Shown: positions 16,849 through 24,477 of the stretch, piece by piece | Position numbering within the stretch: position 1 is the stretch's first letter | Layout: each line of letters begins with the position of its first letter | Origin: Acaryochloris marina MBIC11017 | GTDB taxonomy: Bacteria > Cyanobacteriota > Cyanobacteriia > Thermosynechococcales > Thermosynechococcaceae | Assembly (NCBI RefSeq): GCF_000018105.1 | Contig: NC_009925.1 | Location: 5,190,001-5,222,000 of the forward strand | Direction of reading: 5' to 3' | DNA length: 32,000 bases | Program-made: the position numbers and the translations under genes | Notes under the pieces: generated by a model | Told to the model about the DNA's origin: nothing | Seen by the model: only the letters and a program-made list of their open reading frames with translations | The model's database searches: none

Positions 16849-18888
16849 TCAAGGGCAGGAGGAATCTACAGACCGATGATTCGGTAAAGAAACCTGAGGT
16901 GAAGAGGAGGGCGTGTGAGGCTGGGGAGGCGTCTGTACACTGTGAATCGTAAAGTGCATCGTGGTCCCCTGATTCCGTCCTTGGGATGAGGCCCAAATTC
17001 TTCCCCCCAGATTATGAATAATTTGACGACAGATAGCCAAGCCTAAGCCAGTTCCCCCGGTGGTTCGCCTGAGGGCTCCTTCTTCTTGATAAAACCGCTC
17101 AAAGACTGAACCTAAACAATCGGGATCGATACCCCTACCTGTATCCGCAACGGTCACTTCTAACATCTGTTTAGAGGCGACTTTCGCATCAATTGTGATG
17201 TGGCCATCAGCCTCGGTGAATTTGCAGGCATTGTCCAATAATTTGGCCAACACCTCAACTAGCCACTCGCCATCGACTTGGGCCAGGGGTAAGTTTTCAG
17301 GGATATGAGCCTCAATCTTAGGAAGGGGCTGGCTCTGCGCCCTAATATTACTAAGGGCTAAATTCACACATTCTTGCAGGGCTAAGGGTTCAGAATTCCA
17401 TTCAATTCTGCCACTTTCTAAGCGGGATAGAGTTAAAAAATCTTGGATGAGCTTGCGCATGCGCTCAGCATCGGAAAGCGCCGTGCTCAACATAATTTGC
17501 TGCAGTTCGGGTGCCATATCCGGCTCATTGGTCAGACTCTCTAAACAAATCTGAATGGTTGAAAGGGGGGTCCGCAGTTCATGGCCTGTGATTGCAATTA
17601 AGTTACTTCGAGCTTGTTCTAGATCTGCCAACTGCTGGTTCAGAATGCCTAAGTCAGCAAAGGATTGGGCTTGAATAAGAGCAATACTGATTTGAGAGGC
17701 GATCACATCCACTAACGAAATTTCAGCGTCCTTCCACGCCATCTCTTTTTGAGAATCCGACTGGTGGAGTTCAACCATCCCCAGTAATCGCCCTTGGTAC
17801 CACATGGGCACCAGCAAGAGGGTCTGGATTTGAGCCGTCTTTACCCAATCCTGCAACAGGGCTGACTGCTGTAAACGAACATCAGCCATCGCATCACTGA
17901 CATACACCCACTGCTGAGTGTGGAGCACGTCCTGAAACCAGGGGTTGTCCCGCAAGGGCCAGGTTTGGCCTTTCAGGACAGGCTGCCCGGGTTGAACAAA
18001 CTCATATTGCAGTTTGGTCACCTTATCCTTGGCCAGACATCGGTAGATTAAACAGCGGGCTGTACCCAGGGTTTGTCCAAGCTCTTGTACCGCGACCCCT
18101 AACACATGATCTGGGTCCAGGGATCGGCGGATTGCAGCCGTAATGGAGTTGACTAAGTGTTCTTTACGGGCTTGAGTGGCAATTTGTCGGTAGGCCTTTT
18201 GTTGGCGATACTGGCTGGCCTGCAGATAAGTGACCAATCTGTCCGTAAACGGACCTGGCTCCGTTTGCCGAACGGTCGAAGCCACATAAGGAACAATCTG
18301 AGCGAGGGCCTGAGTCACCTTGGGGGTGAGGTGGGGACAATATTGGCTGATTCTCTGCAAGAACAAATGGGCCGCTTGACAACTCACCCGCCGATCAAAG
18401 GTCCAGATGCCTTCGTAACGACGAGCTTGATCCATCCGTGGGGCATTTAAGGCATCTGAAGTCTGGAGTTGAGGGTGTTCACGACAGGCAAGGCAAGCCG
18501 CATATTGTTGGCCTACAACAATTACGTGCCATTCCTGAGTCAAGGGATCGGCGGCATCAAAGGCAATCGTTTCATAGGGCTCGGCCCCATCCCCAAACTC
18601 TTGTTCAGGGGTCGCCAGAATATAGACTTGTGGTGAGCGAGCGGCCAGACGAGCATAGCGGTGGAGAGCCTTACGATAGTAGCGTTCCCGTTGACAGCTA
18701 ATAATCACTAAAGGGTGATCAGTCCCTGCAAGTACTTGATCTTCCATGGCCCGCGATAAAGCCGTGAGGGAAGACTTAAAATACATTTGCGGTCTAAGCT
18801 GGGGCTGTGTCTCCAGAAGCTCCTGTATCAGGGAGGTAGCAATGAGCATCAACGTTGGCTTTGATCGAAATACAGTAAGTGCCGCCAA
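16849..18888 (-). CDS. Sensor histidine kinase with N-terminal DICT domain and GAF domain
   Basis: The N-terminus (LRPQMYFKSSLTALSRAMEDQVLAGTDHPLVIISCQRERYYRKALHRYARLAARSPQVYILA) matches the DICT sensory domain as I remember it. A central GAF-like region contains RCLIYR...LLVPMWYQGRLLGMVELH. H-box ITGHELRTPLSTI, N-box LAKLLDNACKFT, and G-boxes VADTGRGI and GTGLGLAI are present. The start could be Met14 (18849). Confidence 0.85.
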   Translation of the reverse strand: MAALTVFRSKPTLMLIATSLIQELLETQPQLRPQMYFKSSLTALSRAMEDQVLAGTDHPLVIISCQRERYYRKALHRYARLAARSPQVYILATPEQEFGDGAEPYETIAFDAADPLTQEWHVIVVGQQYAACLACREHPQLQTSDALNAPRMDQARRYEGIWTFDRRVSCQAAHLFLQRISQYCPHLTPKVTQALAQIVPYVASTVRQTEPGPFTDRLVTYLQASQYRQQKAYRQIATQARKEHLVNSITAAIRRSLDPDHVLGVAVQELGQTLGTARCLIYRCLAKDKVTKLQYEFVQPGQPVLKGQTWPLRDNPWFQDVLHTQQWVYVSDAMADVRLQQSALLQDWVKTAQIQTLLLVPMWYQGRLLGMVELHQSDSQKEMAWKDAEISLVDVIASQISIALIQAQSFADLGILNQQLADLEQARSNLIAITGHELRTPLSTIQICLESLTNEPDMAPELQQIMLSTALSDAERMRKLIQDFLTLSRLESGRIEWNSEPLALQECVNLALSNIRAQSQPLPKIEAHIPENLPLAQVDGEWLVEVLAKLLDNACKFTEADGHITIDAKVASKQMLEVTVADTGRGIDPDCLGSVFERFYQEEGALRRTTGGTGLGLAICRQIIHNLGGRIWASSQGRNQGTTMHFTIHSVQTPPQPHTPSSSPQVSLPNHRSVDSSCP

Positions 18889-18972
18889 AACCAGCCTACT
18901 CGATTCTCCCAGCCTTACAGCACTCTAGAAAAAGGCAAAATATCGTTATTACATGCAAAAAGTTGATTAGTT

Positions 18973-19446
18973 ATGAATTTGGCGTCTTTCCCTTGGCTAG
19001 AAGCTGAAATAATTCGTCATAGTTTGAGACTAATAAAGAGTTATCAGCACTGGACAGGAAAACCACTGACAGGGGATGCTCCTTCCCCTGCCGAGATCGC
19101 CCATGATTTATTTCATGCCTCTTTTGTACTGCTATCCCATGGTACAGAGACTGACCCCGTTCTTAATTACGGCAACCAGCCTGCCCTTGATCTCTGGGAA
19201 ACAACCTGGCCTGAACTGACTGCGATGCCCTCTCGCTTGACCGCAGAGCCACATGAGCGGCAAAGCCGGACCCAGCTCCTCCACCAAGCCGCCCAGCAAC
19301 ACTATATTCAGAACTATCAAGGGATCCGGATCTCCACCACGGGCCGCCGATTTAGAATCAGCAATGCGGAAATATGGGATATCTGGGATGAGCAAGAGCA
19401 AAAATGTGGACAAGCAGCCAAGTTCAGCCACTGGGAATGGCTATAA
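18973..19446 (+). CDS. Stand-alone MEKHLA-domain (PAS-like) protein
   Basis: 157-aa ORF. SYQHWTGKPL, FVLLSHGTETDPVLNYGNQPALDLWETTWPELTAMPSRLTAEP and YQGIRISTTGRRFRISNAEIWDIWD correspond to the MEKHLA domain known from plant HD-ZIP III proteins and from small bacterial proteins. Confidence 0.7.
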   Translation: MNLASFPWLEAEIIRHSLRLIKSYQHWTGKPLTGDAPSPAEIAHDLFHASFVLLSHGTETDPVLNYGNQPALDLWETTWPELTAMPSRLTAEPHERQSRTQLLHQAAQQHYIQNYQGIRISTTGRRFRISNAEIWDIWDEQEQKCGQAAKFSHWEWL

Positions 19447-19454
19447 GTCGCTTT

Positions 19455-19464
19455 ATCCCCCCCT
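19455..19464. repeat. Left copy of the 10-bp target-site duplication ATCCCCCCCT
   Basis: It directly abuts the left inverted repeat of the IS and is identical to 20728-20737. Confidence 0.9.
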
Positions 19465-20727
19465 CAGGGCGACCGCACATAGAAGTTAACAAAGCCGTCG
19501 AATTCGGAAGAGGTGGAGGATAATGCCTCAAAAACAACGCTCAGCAAGCCATGACATCCTCTCCCTTTGCCTCAATTATTGAACACTTCAGCGACTTAGA
19601 CGACCCGAGAGCAGCCCACCGCATAGAGTATTCGCTAGAAGATATCATCATCATCACCCTATGCGCTGTCCTTTGTGGAGCAGATAATTGGGTGGAAGTG
19701 GCCAACTATGGTCGTTCCAAAGCCCAGTGGTTAAAGCAATGGATAGCATTGCCAAACGGTGTTCCCTCCCATGACACCTTCGAGTGGGTCTTTGCCAGAT
19801 TGAAACCTCAACAATTGCAGCAATGCTTTCTCAATTGGACTCAAGCCATCTATCAACTGAGCGCAGGAGAATTGATTGCGATTGACGGCAAGACACTCCG
19901 GGGCGCGATTGCGCCAGGTGAGCAGTGCAGCTTGATTCACATGGTCAGTGCATGGGCCAGTCACAATCGTCTAGTTTTAGGTCAACGCACCGTTGACGAG
20001 AAATCCAATGAGATTACGGCTATTCCTGAATTACTGAAAGTGTTAGAGCTTGAAGGAGCCTTGGTCAGTATTGATGCGATGGGCTGTCAAACAGCGATTG
20101 CCGAGACGATTATTGAGGGCCAAGGTGATTATGTGTTGGCCCTCAAAGGCAATCAAGGTGATTTATATAACGATGTGGTGCAACTGTTTGACCATGCTTG
20201 TCAGACTCAATTTCAGGGGATTGAGCATGATAGCTATCAAACCGTCGAGAAAGGGCATGGGCGAATTGAGCATCGCACCTATTGGACAATGGGGCAAACC
20301 GATTACTTACTGGGGGCTGAGCGTTGGGCTCAATTGAAGTCGATTGGGTGCGTTGAATCGTGTCGTCGTCAGCCAGGACACCCAGGCACACTTCAGCGGC
20401 GCTATTACCTTTTGAGCATTGAGAGTGATGCACAACGGTTTGCCGATGCTGTGCGCTCTCATTGGGGGATTGAAAACCAGTTGCACTGGATTTTGGATGT
20501 GGGATTTCGTGAAGATAAACTGCGTGCCTGTCAGGGATGCAGTGCTCAAAACCTATCCGTCATTCGTCATATTGCTGCTAATTTGCTGCAGCAAGAGTCA
20601 ACGGCTAAATGTGGGGTTAAGGCAAAACGGCTCAAGGCAGGTTGGGATGATAACTACCTGGTCAAGATCCTCAGCGTTGCTGCCAAGGGAATACCTTCTT
20701 CATGAAGAACTATGTGCGGTTGCCCTG
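19465..20727 (+). mobile_element. Intact ISAs1-family insertion sequence (1263 bp)
   Basis: The terminal inverted repeats are CAGGGCGACCGCACATAG (19465-19482) and the reverse complement of 20710-20727 (CAGGGCAACCGCACATAG), matching at 17 of 18 positions. They are flanked by a perfect 10-bp direct repeat. A single transposase ORF fills the element. CAGGG ends and an 8-10 bp duplication are what I recall for the ISAs1 family. Confidence 0.9.
19551..20705 (+). CDS. ISAs1-family (H-repeat-associated) DDE transposase
   Basis: 384-aa ORF. The N-terminus HFSDLDDPRAAHRIEYSLEDIIIITLCAVLCGADNWVEV is the signature DDE_Tnp_1_assoc region. It is followed by IAIDGKTLRG, VSIDAMGCQ and HWGIENQLHWILDVGFRED catalytic-region motifs. 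There is no frameshift or premature stop. Confidence 0.92.
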   Translation: MTSSPFASIIEHFSDLDDPRAAHRIEYSLEDIIIITLCAVLCGADNWVEVANYGRSKAQWLKQWIALPNGVPSHDTFEWVFARLKPQQLQQCFLNWTQAIYQLSAGELIAIDGKTLRGAIAPGEQCSLIHMVSAWASHNRLVLGQRTVDEKSNEITAIPELLKVLELEGALVSIDAMGCQTAIAETIIEGQGDYVLALKGNQGDLYNDVVQLFDHACQTQFQGIEHDSYQTVEKGHGRIEHRTYWTMGQTDYLLGAERWAQLKSIGCVESCRRQPGHPGTLQRRYYLLSIESDAQRFADAVRSHWGIENQLHWILDVGFREDKLRACQGCSAQNLSVIRHIAANLLQQESTAKCGVKAKRLKAGWDDNYLVKILSVAAKGIPSS

Positions 20728-20737
20728 ATCCCCCCCT
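20728..20737. repeat. Right copy of the 10-bp target-site duplication ATCCCCCCCT
   Basis: It directly abuts the right inverted repeat and is identical to 19455-19464. Confidence 0.9.
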
Positions 20738-20784
20738 GGCTAAACTGGACTGCCTCCTAAATCGGCCCCTTGCCCTAAATACTC

Positions 20785-21975
20785 TTAGTTATTCTTACTT
20801 AATTGAGCAGGTAGAGGTCCAGGTTTAACGGCAATGGTTTGCTCCTTCCCATTACGTGTAATTCCTAATTTTAGAGAGTTTCCTAAGGATGTGGCATCAA
20901 CCTTCTGCTGAACTTGGCTAGCCTTACTAATGGATTGGCCATCAATTTCACGAATAATGTCTCCAGGACGCAAGCCTGCTGCTGCTGCAGGAGACTTAGG
21001 AATCACTTCAAAGATTAAGACACCTTTCTCGTCTTTGACTTGAAAATCCACATCTGGGCTGCTGTTGATGCGCTCTTTTAGTTCAGGGGTCAAACCAGCC
21101 ATCCGAATACCCAGGAAGGGATGATCCACTTTACCTTTGGCAATCAGTTGATCAGCAATCCGCTGGGCTGTTTTGATGGGAATGGCAAATCCCAGGCCTT
21201 GAGCTCCCCCAATAATGGCGGTGTTCATACCAATGACTTCACCAGCCTGGTTAAGCAAGGGTCCCCCGGAATTACCGGGATTAATGGCCGCGTCCGTTTG
21301 AATAAATCCAACCCGCTTATCTGGAACGCCCACGTCATTGCTGGTACGCCCTGTCGCACTGATAATGCCTGCGGTCACGGTGTTATCCAAGCCGAGGGGG
21401 TTACCAATAGCGATCGCCCATTCACCCGGCTGTAGCTCATCTGACTTGCCCATTTTTACCGTGGGCAGATCTTTGGCTTTAATTTTAATGACTGCAACAT
21501 CCGTCAAGGAATCTTCTCCCATCACGGTGCCTTCATAGCTACGGCCATCTTTGAGAACGACTGTAACTTTATCCGCCCCATTCACCACGTGGGCATTGGT
21601 GAGGACTAAGCCATCATCACTGATGATAAATCCAGACCCTGTTCCCCGTTGAACCCGTGTGCGAGGTTGTTGTCTAGGAATATCTCGGCCAAAAAACTCC
21701 CGGAAGAAGGGATCGTCAAACAGCCTGGATCGACGACGGCTCACGGTGCGAGCAGAGTCAATCCGGACCACGGCTGGTCCTACCTTTTCCACCGCACGGG
21801 CGATAAAATTGGTATCCGTTTGCCCCGGGAGCGGCTTCGGCAATTGAGCGACACTCGGTTGAGGTAAAAGACTGTTACTCGGAATAACCTGTGTTCCCAG
21901 GAGTGTACCTAAGGAACCGACTAACAATAAAGATAGATAGGTCGCGGACCTTTGGACTGAAAATTTCGCTGACAT
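20785..21975 (-). CDS. HtrA/DegP-family periplasmic serine protease (trypsin-like domain + PDZ)
   Basis: Signal-like N-terminus ([17 protein letters not shown]). The catalytic triad contexts are TNAHVV (His), DVAVIKI (Asp) and GNSGGPLL (Ser). A C-terminal PDZ domain contains [14 protein letters not shown]. Confidence 0.9.
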   Translation of the reverse strand: MSAKFSVQRSATYLSLLLVGSLGTLLGTQVIPSNSLLPQPSVAQLPKPLPGQTDTNFIARAVEKVGPAVVRIDSARTVSRRRSRLFDDPFFREFFGRDIPRQQPRTRVQRGTGSGFIISDDGLVLTNAHVVNGADKVTVVLKDGRSYEGTVMGEDSLTDVAVIKIKAKDLPTVKMGKSDELQPGEWAIAIGNPLGLDNTVTAGIISATGRTSNDVGVPDKRVGFIQTDAAINPGNSGGPLLNQAGEVIGMNTAIIGGAQGLGFAIPIKTAQRIADQLIAKGKVDHPFLGIRMAGLTPELKERINSSPDVDFQVKDEKGVLIFEVIPKSPAAAAGLRPGDIIREIDGQSISKASQVQQKVDATSLGNSLKLGITRNGKEQTIAVKPGPLPAQLSKNN

Positions 21976-22148
21976 ATCGAACGATAACTAAAGGACTATG
22001 GGATAGCAGTGACTTAAAGGAACAGAATGGATCATGTGGGGAATAAAAACTTAGCCTTTAAGGGAGAGAGTGCTCCGGTTGAACAGACTTACCTTGGCAA
22101 GGACATTAGCTTCTTGGACTTTGTTACTTCTAAGAATGTTTCCTGAAG

Positions 22149-23615
22149 ATGAGGCTTGACCATTCACAGGCTTGGGATAGAGCCATCGCTGGGCTACAGA
22201 AGTTTTGGGGGTACAGTCAGTTTCGCCCTTTACAGGGAGAGGCTGTTACCAGCCTACTGAAACACCAAGATGCCTTGGTGATGCTGCCAACTGGCTCGGG
22301 TAAATCCGTCTGCTTTCAGCTTCCAGCACTGTTACAGTCTGGCCTAACGATTGTGATCTCTCCTTTGATTGCTCTGATGGAAGATCAAGTGCAAGCACTC
22401 CAGGCAAAAAAGCTACCTGCTGGGATGATTCACAGCCAGCTCTCTTCTCAGAAGCGTCGGCAGACATTGCGACAAATAGAACAGCAGCAATTACGCCTAT
22501 TATATCTATCTCCCGAATCCTTGTTGAGCCCACCCATTTGGCAGCGGTTAGGGGATCCGCACTTGCAGATTCGATGTTTAATTGTGGATGAAGCCCACTG
22601 CATTGAGCAATGGGGGAGCAGTTTTCGCCCAGTCTATCGCCGCTTAGGGTCGATTCGGGATGCGCTATTGCCAAAGAACAGTGCCGCACCCATTACCGTA
22701 GCCGCCTATACGGCGACCGCTAAACCCACAACACAAGCCGCAATTCAAACCGTACTTCGACTGCATCAGCCTCAGGTTCTGAGTTGTAGTCCCTATCGAA
22801 ATAATCTAGATTTGACCGTTGAAGTGGCCTGGACCCCTGCCTGTCGGCGACAAAAACTTTTGGCATTTATTGGCCGACAGGCCCATTCGGCAGGACTGGT
22901 GTATACCTCTAGCCGACGTTTATGTGAGAGTTTAGCCGCTTGGTTCTGCCAGCAACATCAGCCCACGGTGGCCTACCATGCGGGACTCAGCGCGCCTGAA
23001 CGTCGCCGCATCGAAGCTCAGTGGCTTCAGGGGAAGCTACCATTTGTGATTTGTACAAGTGCGTTTGGCATGGGAATTGATAAACCCGATGTGCGGTGGA
23101 TCGCCCACTATCATCCCCCTTTGAGCTTAAGTGCTTATCTGCAAGAAATCGGTCGGGCTGGTCGAGACAACTTGCGATCGCAAACCCTGCTGCTAACCAG
23201 TGAACCCACTGGTTGGCTGGATCCTCAAGATCGGCAAATGCGACAATACTTCCTCAAACAGTTGAGGGGACAACAAGCATCCGCCCAGCGGTTGGTCCAT
23301 CGACTTCCCCGGCAAGGTCATATTGACACCATCACAAAAGCCTTCCCAGAGGCCGACCTCGCCCTAGCGCTCCTGCATCAGTCGGGTCATCTCATCTGGG
23401 AGGATCCATTTCACTTTCGAATTCTGGCTGCTCAAGGGTTCAACCCTCCCCTCATTCCCACCAAGCTGGATATCACGGATTATCTCTACACCCGCCAATG
23501 CCGTTGGCAATTCATTTTGCAACAGTTTGGTTTTGACCAAGAAGCGCATCACTTTCGATGCGGCCATTGTGATCGCTGCCGTTCCCGCACATCCAAGTCC
23601 AGATCCTTCCATTAA
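22149..23615 (+). CDS. recQ: RecQ-family ATP-dependent DNA helicase (short form, no HRDC visible)
   Basis: FGYSQFRPLQGEAV, Walker A LPTGSGKS, the DEAH box LIVDEAHCIEQWG, AYTATA, FGMGIDKPDVRWIAHY and QEIGRAGRD are present. The C-terminal Cys cluster CRWQ...FRCGHCDRC fits a RecQ zinc-binding module. Confidence 0.88.
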   Translation: MRLDHSQAWDRAIAGLQKFWGYSQFRPLQGEAVTSLLKHQDALVMLPTGSGKSVCFQLPALLQSGLTIVISPLIALMEDQVQALQAKKLPAGMIHSQLSSQKRRQTLRQIEQQQLRLLYLSPESLLSPPIWQRLGDPHLQIRCLIVDEAHCIEQWGSSFRPVYRRLGSIRDALLPKNSAAPITVAAYTATAKPTTQAAIQTVLRLHQPQVLSCSPYRNNLDLTVEVAWTPACRRQKLLAFIGRQAHSAGLVYTSSRRLCESLAAWFCQQHQPTVAYHAGLSAPERRRIEAQWLQGKLPFVICTSAFGMGIDKPDVRWIAHYHPPLSLSAYLQEIGRAGRDNLRSQTLLLTSEPTGWLDPQDRQMRQYFLKQLRGQQASAQRLVHRLPRQGHIDTITKAFPEADLALALLHQSGHLIWEDPFHFRILAAQGFNPPLIPTKLDITDYLYTRQCRWQFILQQFGFDQEAHHFRCGHCDRCRSRTSKSRSFH

Positions 23616-23768
23616 GCCCCTCGTAAAGGGCCAAGGCGTTGGCTGTAATTCCCTCCAAGAAGGAAAAGTGTGGGGCTTACCCACCTCCTGAATTTTCAGG
23701 GTTAAAAGAGGTTGTCTGGTCCCGGCCAGCATGATTTGATAAGGAGGATCTAAGTTAAGTGTGTACCC

Positions 23769-23987
23769 ATGCCTCTTCTTATTCGAGTCCTTGAATCCGT
23801 TGGTTGGACCTTCTTAAGTGTCGTCCTGTTCTATGTGGGGCTAAGGCTTTATGACATTTTGGACCCGATTGATCATCGCGCCGAAATCCGTAAAGGGAAC
23901 TTGGCTTCCGGCATCTTGCAGGCTGCCATTGTGATTGCCCTTGCAGCCATCGTCATTGCCGTTATCTTGACCCCAGATATCTCCTAA
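23769..23987 (+). CDS. Small membrane protein, DUF350-like
   Basis: 72-aa ORF with two hydrophobic helices (GWTFLSVVLFYVGL and ILQAAIVIALAAIVIAVIL) flanking DHRAEIRKGNLA, the layout of DUF350 proteins. Confidence 0.6.
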   Translation: MPLLIRVLESVGWTFLSVVLFYVGLRLYDILDPIDHRAEIRKGNLASGILQAAIVIALAAIVIAVILTPDIS

Positions 23988-23988
23988 C

Positions 23989-24345
23989 TTAGAGACTCAA
24001 GCGTTCCTTAAGTACCTCATCGGAAGCCCGGAACCCAACTAACACAGGGGCGCCATCTTTCAGAATCAAAGGACGCTTGAGGAGCATGGCATCTTCAGCA
24101 AATGCGGCAATCCACTGGTCTTCGCTCCAGGTTTTTTTCTGTTCTCCTAAAGCCCGATAGGCCCCACCCGATGTGTTCCGCATGGGCTTAGAGCCAAACG
24201 TATCAACCCAAGCAGAAATTTGTTGAATGCTGGGGGGTTCTTCCTTTGTATTAATAAACTCAAACTCTAGCTGATTCTCTTGCAGCCATTTCAATGCCTT
24301 CTTGCAGGTGCCGCAAGTGGGGATGCCATAGACCTGAATAGTCAT
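23989..24345 (-). CDS. ArsC/Spx/YffB-family thioredoxin-fold protein
   Basis: 118-aa ORF. MTIQVYGIPTCGTCKKALKWL has the N-terminal CxxC in a beta-alpha unit. LLKRPLI near the C-terminus is typical of the ArsC/YffB family. Confidence 0.75.
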   Translation of the reverse strand: MTIQVYGIPTCGTCKKALKWLQENQLEFEFINTKEEPPSIQQISAWVDTFGSKPMRNTSGGAYRALGEQKKTWSEDQWIAAFAEDAMLLKRPLILKDGAPVLVGFRASDEVLKERLSL

Positions 24346-24477
24346 GTATTGGTGATTACTGAGTCAACGAAATTATGGAACGAATTTAAACGAGTATCAT
24401 TTATTTGTACATCCCGACTTTCCATAAACTTCATTAGTTTATGAAACTTTGGGAATAAATCTAGGGCGCTATCAAGA

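Noticed and set aside
16195-16952. ORFs 16195-16551 (-), 16491-16952 (+) and 16511-16732 (+), and the 168-aa extended form of psaD.
   Set aside because: They overlap psaD in other frames or strands. The long psaD form adds 29 non-conserved residues upstream of the canonical [14 protein letters not shown] start.
19731-20760. Alternative-frame ORFs inside the IS (19731-19964, 20050-20337, 20143-20433, 20307-20549, 20419-20760), considered as a possible second IS gene or a frameshifted transposase.
   Set aside because: The 384-aa transposase frame is continuous from near the left repeat to within 22 bp of the right repeat. ISAs1 elements encode a single ORF.
23364-23732. Minus-strand 122-aa ORF spanning the recQ 3' end and the following spacer.
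   Set aside because: It mostly overlaps the recQ zinc-finger region in antisense and has no recognisable domain.
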